From: Candidatus Thalassarchaeaceae archaeon
GTDB lineage: Archaea; Thermoplasmatota; Poseidoniia; Poseidoniales; Thalassarchaeaceae
Assembly: GCA_045568075.1 (NCBI GenBank)
Contig: JBJLBP010000001.1
Coordinates: forward strand, 1,410,001 to 1,442,000
Reading direction: 5' to 3'
Length of the DNA stretch: 32,000 bases
A model generated the notes under the pieces. It was not told the DNA's origin, ran no database searches, and worked only from the letters and a program-made list of their open reading frames with translations. Numbering within the stretch: position 1 is the first letter of the stretch; each line of letters opens with the position of its first letter. This document shows positions 17,396-24,284 of this stretch, one piece after another. A program made the translations under genes and the position numbers.

Positions 17396-18613
17396 CTACC
17401 AATTTCCAGTCAAATCATTCCACATCAAGTGGGCTAGAGCGTCCATACCTGTTTGCATGCCAGACTCAAGCCCGTTGCGCCCACCTGCCAATTGGTAGAG
17501 AATATCGACGCGGTCGGTGGGCGCGTGCTTGGGGGATTGTTCGCAAGTGTCATCTTCCTCCTGAACGAACTCGTGCATTCCCCTCATCCAAGTCGCTGGC
17601 CAACCGCGTGAAATGAAATTGAAGTGATCTGAATTACCTTTGGTGTCGTCGAGCACGACAACCCATTCCTCTGGATAGTCGAGCTCGTCGTGAAGGACGT
17701 TGTTCAACCGCGCCTGCAGCGCGGTGGCCTCCTCACGCATATCATCCGTCACATTCGTTCCGCGATCTTCGTAATAGGACCAGTCATCGACCGGGGAAGT
17801 GAACAGGTAGAGGTAGAAATAGTCCTCATCGCAGCCGCTCAGTTGGCTGATAAGTTGGGTTTCGACAGGCCAATTTAGTCCGTACATGTCGAGGTTGATG
17901 TATGTTGCAATCTCAACCCCTTCGGGTAGATTGGTCACGAACGTCTCGCTCCCATAACCGGCTCCTTCGGGAGAACCTTGACCTTGCCATTCCTCGTAAT
18001 CCCAAGTCGCGAACTTCCAGGTGTGCTGCGGTGTTCCACCCCATTCTTGCATCAGTCGAGCGAGTTCGAGGACCGAGGCTGTTCCAGTTGCATCGTCGTA
18101 AGCACCCTCGGAGGTGCAGCCGGGGTACTCGACTCCAATGATGATTTGTTGTGAGTAGCAGATTGCATCGTAATGACCGCCGACAACTATCCACGAATCT
18201 GGGTCGAGACCCTCGTAAGTTGCGATGTAATTTTGGCAATCTTCGCATAGTTGCGTTGTGAAATTTTGGATCTCCACCTCGTATCCAAGGTCTTCGAATC
18301 GGAATTGGATGAAGTCGCCGGCATTGGAGTGGGCGACGGTGTCTATCTTGCGATAACCGAAATCCGCGAGAGTTTCGATGTCGTCGACGACGCGGGCCGC
18401 TTCGGGCATCGATGGTGGCGGCCCAGTTGGTAGTGGTTCTAATTCATCTGAATTGGTTAGCGCGGAGCTTACCGAATTGACGCCGGCGATTGCAGCAAAG
18501 AGCACAAGCAGGACTGCAAGAATTGCTCCGCCGGCGAGGGCGGGCCGAGGGATGTCTTCGAGCAACTCATGGCCCGCGATATCATCCAACAGCGAATCAA
18601 GTCTGTCTCGCAC
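17396..18613 (-). CDS. M28-family zinc aminopeptidase, membrane-anchored or secreted
   Basis: M28 metal-ligand blocks VVGGHYDA, GAYDDATGTASVLELARLM, YEEWQGQGS and NSDHFNFISRGWPA. N-terminal signal-anchor helix (ILAVLLVLFAAIAGV). GTG start; no ATG precedes the anchor. Confidence 0.82.
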   Translation of the reverse strand: MRDRLDSLLDDIAGHELLEDIPRPALAGGAILAVLLVLFAAIAGVNSVSSALTNSDELEPLPTGPPPSMPEAARVVDDIETLADFGYRKIDTVAHSNAGDFIQFRFEDLGYEVEIQNFTTQLCEDCQNYIATYEGLDPDSWIVVGGHYDAICYSQQIIIGVEYPGCTSEGAYDDATGTASVLELARLMQEWGGTPQHTWKFATWDYEEWQGQGSPEGAGYGSETFVTNLPEGVEIATYINLDMYGLNWPVETQLISQLSGCDEDYFYLYLFTSPVDDWSYYEDRGTNVTDDMREEATALQARLNNVLHDELDYPEEWVVVLDDTKGNSDHFNFISRGWPATWMRGMHEFVQEEDDTCEQSPKHAPTDRVDILYQLAGGRNGLESGMQTGMDALAHLMWNDLTGNW

Positions 18614-18669
18614 TGATTCGTCTGTAATCGACTGGATGCAAAGACTTGACTCATAGATTGAAGAAGATT

Positions 18670-18754
18670 TGGTGCAGGAGGTAGGATTCGAACCTACGAA
18701 GCACTACGCACTGGGACCTAAACCCAGCCCCTTTGACCGCTCGGGTACCCCTGC
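18670..18754 (-). tRNA. tRNA-Leu (anticodon UAG), type II with long variable arm, CCA encoded
   Basis: The reverse complement GCAGGGGTACCCGAGCGGTCAAAGGGGCTGGGTTTAGGTCCCAGTGCGTAGTGCTTCGTAGGTTCGAATCCTACCTCCTGCACCA folds by hand. Acceptor stem is 7 bp (one G-U), D stem 3 bp with a GG loop. Anticodon stem CTGGG/CCCAG carries loop TT-TAG-GT. The variable region is 13 nt and the T arm is GTAGG-TTCGAAT-CCTAC. Confidence 0.93.
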
Positions 18755-18857
18755 TTGAACCTCGGGCGCTGCGCGCACATCAAGAATCCAGCGGAAGCCA
18801 GTTCTGTCCCCATAGGGTCTTAACAGGAGCATCCGGCGAGAGGAATTTGGGGTGCAC

Positions 18858-19868
18858 ATGTCTCGCATTGGCGTTCTTGGTTTGGGTAATTGGGGCACCG
18901 CGCTAGCCAAGGTTTGGTGCGAGGATGGCCACAACGTGACAGGTTGGACTATCGAGCAGGAAGTGTATGAGTCGTTAATGACGACGAATATCAACGAAAA
19001 ATATCTGCCCGAGTATGAAATTCCTAGGCTCGATGTGACAATGGAAATGTCGGACATAACCGACACCTGTGAAATCCTTGTTCTGGCTCTTCCAAGTGGT
19101 GTTATTCTCTCCGTGGTCAACGACCTAATCCCTTTGCTACGCCCCTCGCACGTGTTGCTTGATCTCGCCAAAGGATTGGCGCCGACAACCGAGAGTGAAT
19201 CGGGAATGATCTCGCAAGAGATTGAGGCTCGACTGACAGCGGCTGGGAAGGCAAATCCGGTTGTAATTCTAACCGGCCCGACAATCGCTCCAGAGGTTGC
19301 TCGTGGAGTGATGACAACTGCGATTGTCGCGTGTCATGACAGGTCGGTTGCTAATCGAATTTCTGAGAGGTTGTCGACTGAAAGCCTAGTGCTGACGGCA
19401 ACCGATGATATCGATGGGGCCGAGTTGTGGGGCGCCTACAAGAATACGGTAGCTCTTGCTTGTGGACTTGTGGATGGACTTCGTGGAGGCATTGGCGGTG
19501 ACAATCTCAAGGCCGCGTTGGTTCTTGCTGGATTCTCGGAGGGTATCAAACTCCTCGAAGCAATGGGGGCTGAGGCTTCTACCGCCTTTGGCCCGGCCGG
19601 TATTGGTGATCTCTACGTGACTGCTACGAGTCCGCGCTCTCGTAATCGAACTCTAGGTGAGAAACTCGGTTCTGGTAAGTCGCTGGAAGAGTCTCTCGGT
19701 GAGATGCACATGGTTGCTGAGGGAGTTCGAGCAAATCGAATGTTCCTCAATCGTGCACGGCGACTCGACATCCAGGTTCCCTTCCTGAGTGCGCTGGGTG
19801 ACTTACTTGCTGGCGAAGCCGAGGTAGGCGAGGCTGTCCGCAGAATGGTCGAGTCTTACGAATCCTGA
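18858..19868 (+). CDS. gpsA: NAD(P)H-dependent sn-glycerol-3-phosphate dehydrogenase (bacterial GpsA type)
   Basis: Rossmann motif IGVLGLGNWGTALA, NEKYLP, LTGPTIAPEVARG, WGAYKNTVALACGL, GDLYVTATSPRSRNRTLGEKLG, AEGV. The ORF-track start at 18852 is GTG; the ATG at 18858 gives MSRIGVLG. Confidence 0.92.
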   Translation: MSRIGVLGLGNWGTALAKVWCEDGHNVTGWTIEQEVYESLMTTNINEKYLPEYEIPRLDVTMEMSDITDTCEILVLALPSGVILSVVNDLIPLLRPSHVLLDLAKGLAPTTESESGMISQEIEARLTAAGKANPVVILTGPTIAPEVARGVMTTAIVACHDRSVANRISERLSTESLVLTATDDIDGAELWGAYKNTVALACGLVDGLRGGIGGDNLKAALVLAGFSEGIKLLEAMGAEASTAFGPAGIGDLYVTATSPRSRNRTLGEKLGSGKSLEESLGEMHMVAEGVRANRMFLNRARRLDIQVPFLSALGDLLAGEAEVGEAVRRMVESYES

Positions 19869-19892
19869 TTTGGATCTGAGAGATATGGTTCT

Positions 19893-19920
19893 CCGGATGG
19901 CTGGTTTCCCAGCCACCCGG
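19893..19920. terminator. 12-bp stem-loop (CCGGATGGCTGG-TTTC-CCAGCCACCCGG) between convergent gpsA and rhodopsin genes
   Basis: 11 of 12 positions pair with a 4-nt loop. It lies 25 nt after the gpsA stop and 40 nt after the rhodopsin stop, so it could act in both directions. Confidence 0.4.
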
Positions 19921-19959
19921 ATTACGTAATTCCGTTCTTCTTACCGCTATTTTCGGAAA

Positions 19960-20826
19960 TCAAGCCATCATTGCGGTTGCCTTCTTGGCACCCATCCATG
20001 CTACGACACCGAATCCAATCTTGTTGATCATATCAGCGATGTTGTAGAGCACAGCCATGGTCTCCTGATTGACGCTTTCAGAGATTGCAACCTCTGGGCT
20101 GAACAGGTAACCGATTGGGTAGATTAGCCATCCGACGCAGATGAACCAGCGTAGAGCGTTGGTGCTCCACATTAGCTCTGGCGCGATAGCGTTGTTGTCA
20201 ACCCCAAGTCCTGAGGTCCACGGGGTTCCTGTGGCAACGATGATCATTGCCCATCCCATTCCGCCCAGGGCGAGAGCGAGATACGCGTTCATCATTCCAG
20301 ACTCACCAGCGTAGCCGAAGCCAATCATGATTAGAGCACCTAGGAAGCAAATTGCGGTGAATCCCATGCCTGCGAACTTTGTATCGGTTATCGCGTCCTT
20401 GCCGACAAGAGACGGGAACTTCAGTGCCATCAGAGGCACTGTGATAATCCAGTCCATGTATCGGTACTCTATACTGACCAAATTGTGGTCGATATACACG
20501 CCGCGCATGTAGTAGTAGTGCATTGCAGCGATACCAACGATGAGTGCAGAAATGGTCATGGTCGTGCGGAATTGAGGTGCAACGCTGTTCCTCTCAACTA
20601 GGAAGAAAACGAATGCCGCACCCATGGCAATGTATCCGACGAAGAAGGTGAAGAAGGTCAGCATCCCAAGGTTATCATATCCCTTGGTGGCTGGGTTCAC
20701 GGTCTCAGCAGACACAGATTGTGTGACAATCAATGCTAGGCAGGTAATGGCCATAGCCATGGCAGTCGTTCTTGGGCTAATTTTGGGATTGGGAAAATCC
20801 ATGTGTGTCGTGAGTAATATTTGCAT
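19960..20826 (-). CDS. proteorhodopsin-family microbial rhodopsin (light-driven pump)
   Basis: Helix C is YRYMDWIITVPLMALKF (compare PR RYIDWLLTVPLLICEF). Helix B His lies in AAMHYYYMRGVY. Helix G is YNIADMINKIGFG with the retinal Schiff-base Lys. Seven hydrophobic helices. The true start may be the internal ATG giving the signal-like MAMAITCLALIVTQSVSAE (near 20760). Confidence 0.9.
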   Translation of the reverse strand: MQILLTTHMDFPNPKISPRTTAMAMAITCLALIVTQSVSAETVNPATKGYDNLGMLTFFTFFVGYIAMGAAFVFFLVERNSVAPQFRTTMTISALIVGIAAMHYYYMRGVYIDHNLVSIEYRYMDWIITVPLMALKFPSLVGKDAITDTKFAGMGFTAICFLGALIMIGFGYAGESGMMNAYLALALGGMGWAMIIVATGTPWTSGLGVDNNAIAPELMWSTNALRWFICVGWLIYPIGYLFSPEVAISESVNQETMAVLYNIADMINKIGFGVVAWMGAKKATAMMA

Positions 20827-20867
20827 ATAAATCAGTGTTTGAGCCTAGGAATACTTCTTCCTAAATC

Positions 20868-20896
20868 TCAAATTTTTGCATAAAAGGGAAATTTGA
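20868..20896. promoter_or_regulatory. 8-bp perfect inverted repeat (TCAAATTT-N13-AAATTTGA) spanning a TATA-like TTTTATGC element upstream of the rhodopsin gene
   Basis: Read directly in the AT-rich 160-bp divergent intergenic region. On the minus strand the spacer reads CCCTTTTATGCAA, roughly 50-60 nt upstream of the ATG at 20826. Confidence 0.3.
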
Positions 20897-20986
20897 AACT
20901 TTTTTGGTTGACGAACAAGAATAGGTCAGAAAGTAGTCGCTTTCCTGCCTAACTTCGCGGAATGTTTGATGGCCTGACGTTGGCAC

Positions 20987-21229
20987 ATGGGAGCGAGCGA
21001 GATGGCGGCGGCTGACCTGAACGAGTTCGAAATACGCCTGCTGAAATGGTTGGCGGCTTCGGATTTTGAGGAGGTGCCGTGGTCGACCAAACGCGCGGCT
21101 GATGCCTTCAAGGTCAATGAGAACGAAGTCTATGAGGCTCTATCTGCCCTCACCGTTAAAGTTCCACATAATATCCACATTTACTACGAAGATGCTGCTA
21201 TTCGCATCGTTGCTGATGATGATATCTGA
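20987..21229 (+). CDS. small acidic hypothetical protein (80 aa), possibly winged-helix-like
   Basis: ATG-initiated ORF diverging from the rhodopsin gene. Its composition is coding-like and it is preferred over the overlapping antisense 63-aa ORF. No motif recognised. Confidence 0.4.
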   Translation: MGASEMAAADLNEFEIRLLKWLAASDFEEVPWSTKRAADAFKVNENEVYEALSALTVKVPHNIHIYYEDAAIRIVADDDI

Positions 21230-21259
21230 TCTCAAAATGACCCTCAAAGATAACGGCGC

Positions 21260-22195
21260 TCAATCTAACGATTCAGAAGATTCCGTTCCAACAGGGTCAC
21301 GCATGAGTAGAATATCTCGCCATCGCGGACGTGGAAGATTCGATGTATCATCGATAAATCCGCGCCGGACAATCAGTGATATTTGATCGATAATCACCAC
21401 GACCACGAACATGACGACAATCAATGCAAGTACCTTGTCGTAGAGTTGGAAAGGTGTCAGATAGTGATTCATGTACCATCCAATTCCACCTGCTCCAACC
21501 AAACCGATGACCGAACCGTGCCGGACGTTATACTCGAACATGAACAGCATTTGGCTGATCAGCGCATTACTGGCTTCTGGGATGGCGAAGAAGCGCGCGA
21601 CCTGCCAGCGCGGTAGACCCATGGCACGCGCTACTTCGAGAGGTTCCTTACTGACTCCCTCAAGTGCTTCATACTGCATTTTTCCAAGGTAACCAACGGT
21701 GTACATTGTCATGGCGAGAACGCCTGCGAGGGGACCGATTCCAACGACAATAACGAAAATTAGAGCCCAGATTAGCGATGGTAAAACACGCATCGCAGCG
21801 AGGACTTGCCTCATCGATTGAGATAGCCAATAAGGTGAGAGATTGGAAGCGGCCATCGCTGCGAGAGGAAGAGAAAGAAGCATGCCGAATACTGTCGCGA
21901 GAAATGCGATTTCAAGAGTCTGGGTCATACCTACGACGGCTGGACTACAGAGAATATCAGACTCAAAGGTGCAAGGCGGATATGTCCATCCTGCGCGCTC
22001 GGTGAGGACCGTGAAATCCGGAGGAAGTGCCTCTGATCCCAGCTTCTTGAGATTGCTCCAGCCATCGAGTAGTTTCCAGATTGTAATCTGTAAATGATTG
22101 GTTATCAATAGTGTGACGATACTGAGAACGACTGCGGTTCTCAGAATCGGTCGCTGTGAAATTTGACGTAGGGTGTTGGAGAATCTTTCGCTCAC
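21260..22195 (-). CDS. phnE: ABC importer permease, PhnE family
   Basis: PhnE-like N-terminal block MTQTLEIAFLATVFGMLLSLPLAAMAASNLSP and an EAA loop (YEALEGVSKEPLEVARAMGLPRWQVARFFAIPEA). GTG start in a GTGA overlap with the ATPase stop. The symbol denotes the family only; the substrate is questioned in the findings. Confidence 0.8.
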   Translation of the reverse strand: MSERFSNTLRQISQRPILRTAVVLSIVTLLITNHLQITIWKLLDGWSNLKKLGSEALPPDFTVLTERAGWTYPPCTFESDILCSPAVVGMTQTLEIAFLATVFGMLLSLPLAAMAASNLSPYWLSQSMRQVLAAMRVLPSLIWALIFVIVVGIGPLAGVLAMTMYTVGYLGKMQYEALEGVSKEPLEVARAMGLPRWQVARFFAIPEASNALISQMLFMFEYNVRHGSVIGLVGAGGIGWYMNHYLTPFQLYDKVLALIVVMFVVVVIIDQISLIVRRGFIDDTSNLPRPRWRDILLMRDPVGTESSESLD

Positions 22196-22959
22196 GCCGA
22201 GCCCTCCGCGATTACTGGAAGATTGGACGAAGTATCCTCATCCTCATCGAATGGGATGAGACGTCGGCCTCTCAATTGGTAGACGCGGTCACAGAATGTC
22301 TTGGCTCTGACAGGATTGTGATCGACAATGAGAATCGCCATTCTGTGGTCTTCAGCCATGTGGCGGAAGAGGTCGATGATACCTCTTGCAGTCTCAGCAT
22401 CAAGTTCGCCGAGACACTCATCGGCGAGAAGCAAATCAGGTTCTTGCAGCATCGCGCGCGCGATAGCAACGCGTCGCTGCTGCCCACCAGATAGTCGGTT
22501 CACAGATTCGAGGGTCTTCTCTGCGAGTCCGACCTCCTCGATTACTGCGCGAGTCTCCTCACGCATCCGCTTGCTCGGTAGAGAGAATGCGGTCTGTAGG
22601 AAGCTGGCTTCGGCCAGTGCGCCCATCAATACATTGTATCCCACGGTCTGATGCTGGACGAGGCCAAGTCTTTGTGGAATCAGACCGATTGCACCTTTGT
22701 CTGCTCGGGTTTCTGCTGTGCAACAGCATTCAACCGAGCCCCCCAGTGGGCGAACGAGTCCTGCGGCAGTACGTAGCAGAGTAGTTTTACCGATGCCAGA
22801 CCTACCGGTCAGCCCAACGATTTCGCCCGCTCGAATTGTGAGGTCAACCCCCTCGATTAGAGGTGATAAAACATCGAAGCCGATGGTAGCATCGGCAAGG
22901 CGAAGGCGGACGGGGTTCAGATCTTTGACCGTCATCTCACCCACCTTCTCCATGCTCAC
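22192..22959 (-). CDS. phnC: ABC importer ATP-binding protein, PhnC family
   Basis: Walker A GRSGIGKTTLLR, PhnC-like GLIPQRLGLVQHQTVGYNVLMGAL, signature LSGGQQRRVAIARAM, Walker B LLLADECLGELD. GTG start in a GTGA overlap with the binding-protein stop; the alternative ATG is at 22953. Confidence 0.88.
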   Translation of the reverse strand: MSMEKVGEMTVKDLNPVRLRLADATIGFDVLSPLIEGVDLTIRAGEIVGLTGRSGIGKTTLLRTAAGLVRPLGGSVECCCTAETRADKGAIGLIPQRLGLVQHQTVGYNVLMGALAEASFLQTAFSLPSKRMREETRAVIEEVGLAEKTLESVNRLSGGQQRRVAIARAMLQEPDLLLADECLGELDAETARGIIDLFRHMAEDHRMAILIVDHNPVRAKTFCDRVYQLRGRRLIPFDEDEDTSSNLPVIAEGSA

Positions 22960-23939
22960 TCGTCGTACTTCTCATCAAAGTAGGCTGCGATGCCCGGAAT
23001 AGCCCCAATCGCATCGCTATACGAACCGAGATGGCCCTCAGTAGTCACCTCAGATATTCCAGGTGTGTTGAGGACTCCATCAAGGATCTCAGCGCCGCCC
23101 TCGGCGGTATTCAGTGTGAGAAATGCCTCGACAATCACGTCGATCTTCTCCTGACTGGTGGTCTCCGTATTGACCATAACAGGGTGGCTTGGGACCTGCC
23201 CGAAGGCCGGTTCAAGAGGCCGGTACTGGTCTCGCTCAAGGCACCAATCGTTTCCTTCGCAGTGGTCTTCGTATGAGGTCGTCTTACCAAATGCGACATC
23301 ACCTACTCCCTCGGTCATGCAGCGGAAGGCCCCGCTGTAGCTGTAGTAGAGGTCGCCGCTCTCAGGAATCGAAGCGTTTCCGAAGTGCTCCTCGATGGTT
23401 GTGCGCAGTGAGGAAATGTCATCAGCATCACCGCTAACATCGACGATGCCATTGTTGATCATGTATCCCATCGGCATCAACATTCCAGCCGACTTGAGCC
23501 ATCCAGTGTGGCAGGAGTCCTTGCCCTCGAGGTCTTCGAGAGACTGTATGTCAGAGTCAGCGAGCACCCATGCCTGTGCTGTGTAGGATGTGGTTCCATC
23601 GCTCTTCTGGTCGGCAAGAATGGCAGAGAAGTCGTGCTGTTGCCAAGCAATCCAAGCTGCACCTCCGTCAAGGAATGCGATATCTGCGTGGCCGAAGCGG
23701 AGAGCTTCGATAGCTGCGATATTCGAGTTAATTGGATAGAGTTCAACCGCATATCCTGACTGAGCGGCGATGAAATCAGCGAGAGTCTGAGGGTTCGCAG
23801 ATGGATTATCGTAATCATCCTGCGTCTTGAAGGCGATCCGGATTACCTTCTCGTCTTCATCTGATTCAAGGCAACCAGCCATACTTGCGCTCAAAATGAG
23901 AGTTACAAGTAAAGCATTCAACATCGTTTTCGATTTCAT
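22956..23939 (-). CDS. transferrin-family (single-lobe) substrate-binding lipoprotein of the PhnC/PhnE-type ABC importer
   Basis: Lipoprotein signal MKSKTMLNALLVTLILSASMAGC, with the ATG at 23937-23939 (the ORF-track start at 23954 is TTG). Blocks HADIAFLDGGAAW, TSYTAQAWVLADS, SCHTGWLKSAGMLMPMGY, YYSYSGAFRCMTEGVGDVAFGK and RDQYRPL...VPSHPVMV align with the human transferrin N-lobe, including the Fe ligands D, Y, Y and H. Confidence 0.8.
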   Translation of the reverse strand: MKSKTMLNALLVTLILSASMAGCLESDEDEKVIRIAFKTQDDYDNPSANPQTLADFIAAQSGYAVELYPINSNIAAIEALRFGHADIAFLDGGAAWIAWQQHDFSAILADQKSDGTTSYTAQAWVLADSDIQSLEDLEGKDSCHTGWLKSAGMLMPMGYMINNGIVDVSGDADDISSLRTTIEEHFGNASIPESGDLYYSYSGAFRCMTEGVGDVAFGKTTSYEDHCEGNDWCLERDQYRPLEPAFGQVPSHPVMVNTETTSQEKIDVIVEAFLTLNTAEGGAEILDGVLNTPGISEVTTEGHLGSYSDAIGAIPGIAAYFDEKYDE

Positions 23940-23995
23940 TCTATTCACTCCCAATGGTTCTGACGAAGATCTCTTCGAGTCGGCGACCGCCCATA

Positions 23996-24021
23996 ATGAT
24001 ATATATTTTAGGGGACCCTAA
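23996..24021. promoter_or_regulatory. TATA-like AT tract (ATGATATATATTTTA) abutting the palindrome TTAGGG-GA-CCCTAA in a divergent intergenic region
   Basis: Read directly. It lies about 55-80 nt upstream of the binding-protein start (23939) on the minus strand and about 100-125 nt upstream of the ATG at 24123 on the plus strand. Confidence 0.3.
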
Positions 24022-24122
24022 ACCTCGAACATTACGGCACACTGTGAGCCTACTCTTATACAAAAATGACTTCTGACTTGTAGCCGATACCCATATCGTG
24101 CGAGAACCCCCGCGTAGGCGCA

Positions 24123-24284
24123 ATGACTCGTGGCGGAGTACTACGACTCGCGGCCCTCCTTGCGATGTTCGCCATGGTCACCTCGTGGATTCCAATGAGT
24201 GTGCCTAGTGACCAATTAGAGCAATTTGACGAGCGTCGGGAACAACTCGGTGGAGACGGAGCCGACGCTCGAAGAACAATGTAG
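24123..24284 (+). other. 53-codon ORF encoding only a signal-peptide-like sequence, probably the frame-displaced N-terminus of the following surface protein
   Basis: Hand translation gives MTRGGVLRLAALLAMFAMVTSWIPMSVPSDQLEQFDERREQLGGDGADARRTM*. It is in a different frame from, and overlaps by 59 nt, the 24226-26121 ORF, which has no signal peptide of its own. Confidence 0.5.

Noticed and set aside
18614-18860. tRNA-Leu as an integration hotspot flanked by a mobile element
   Set aside because: There is no integrase, transposase or obvious duplicated tRNA 3' segment nearby, and both neighbouring genes look like ordinary chromosomal genes. The idea is retained only as a check under the gpsA finding.
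18704-19171. 155-aa minus-strand ORF spanning the tRNA-Leu and the 5' end of gpsA
   Set aside because: It overlaps a well-folded tRNA and is antisense to a strongly supported gpsA gene. Its product has no motifs.
21066-21386. 106-aa plus-strand ORF overlapping the small 80-aa ORF and the 3' end of the permease gene
   Set aside because: The product is Arg/Ser-rich and non-coding-like, and the ORF overlaps the well-supported PhnE-family gene on the opposite strand.
22956-23939. Plain annotation of the binding protein as phosphonate-binding PhnD
   Set aside because: Operon context suggests PhnD, but the residue-level match to the transferrin iron and carbonate site is too extensive to ignore. 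I kept the PhnC and PhnE family names for the partner genes only.
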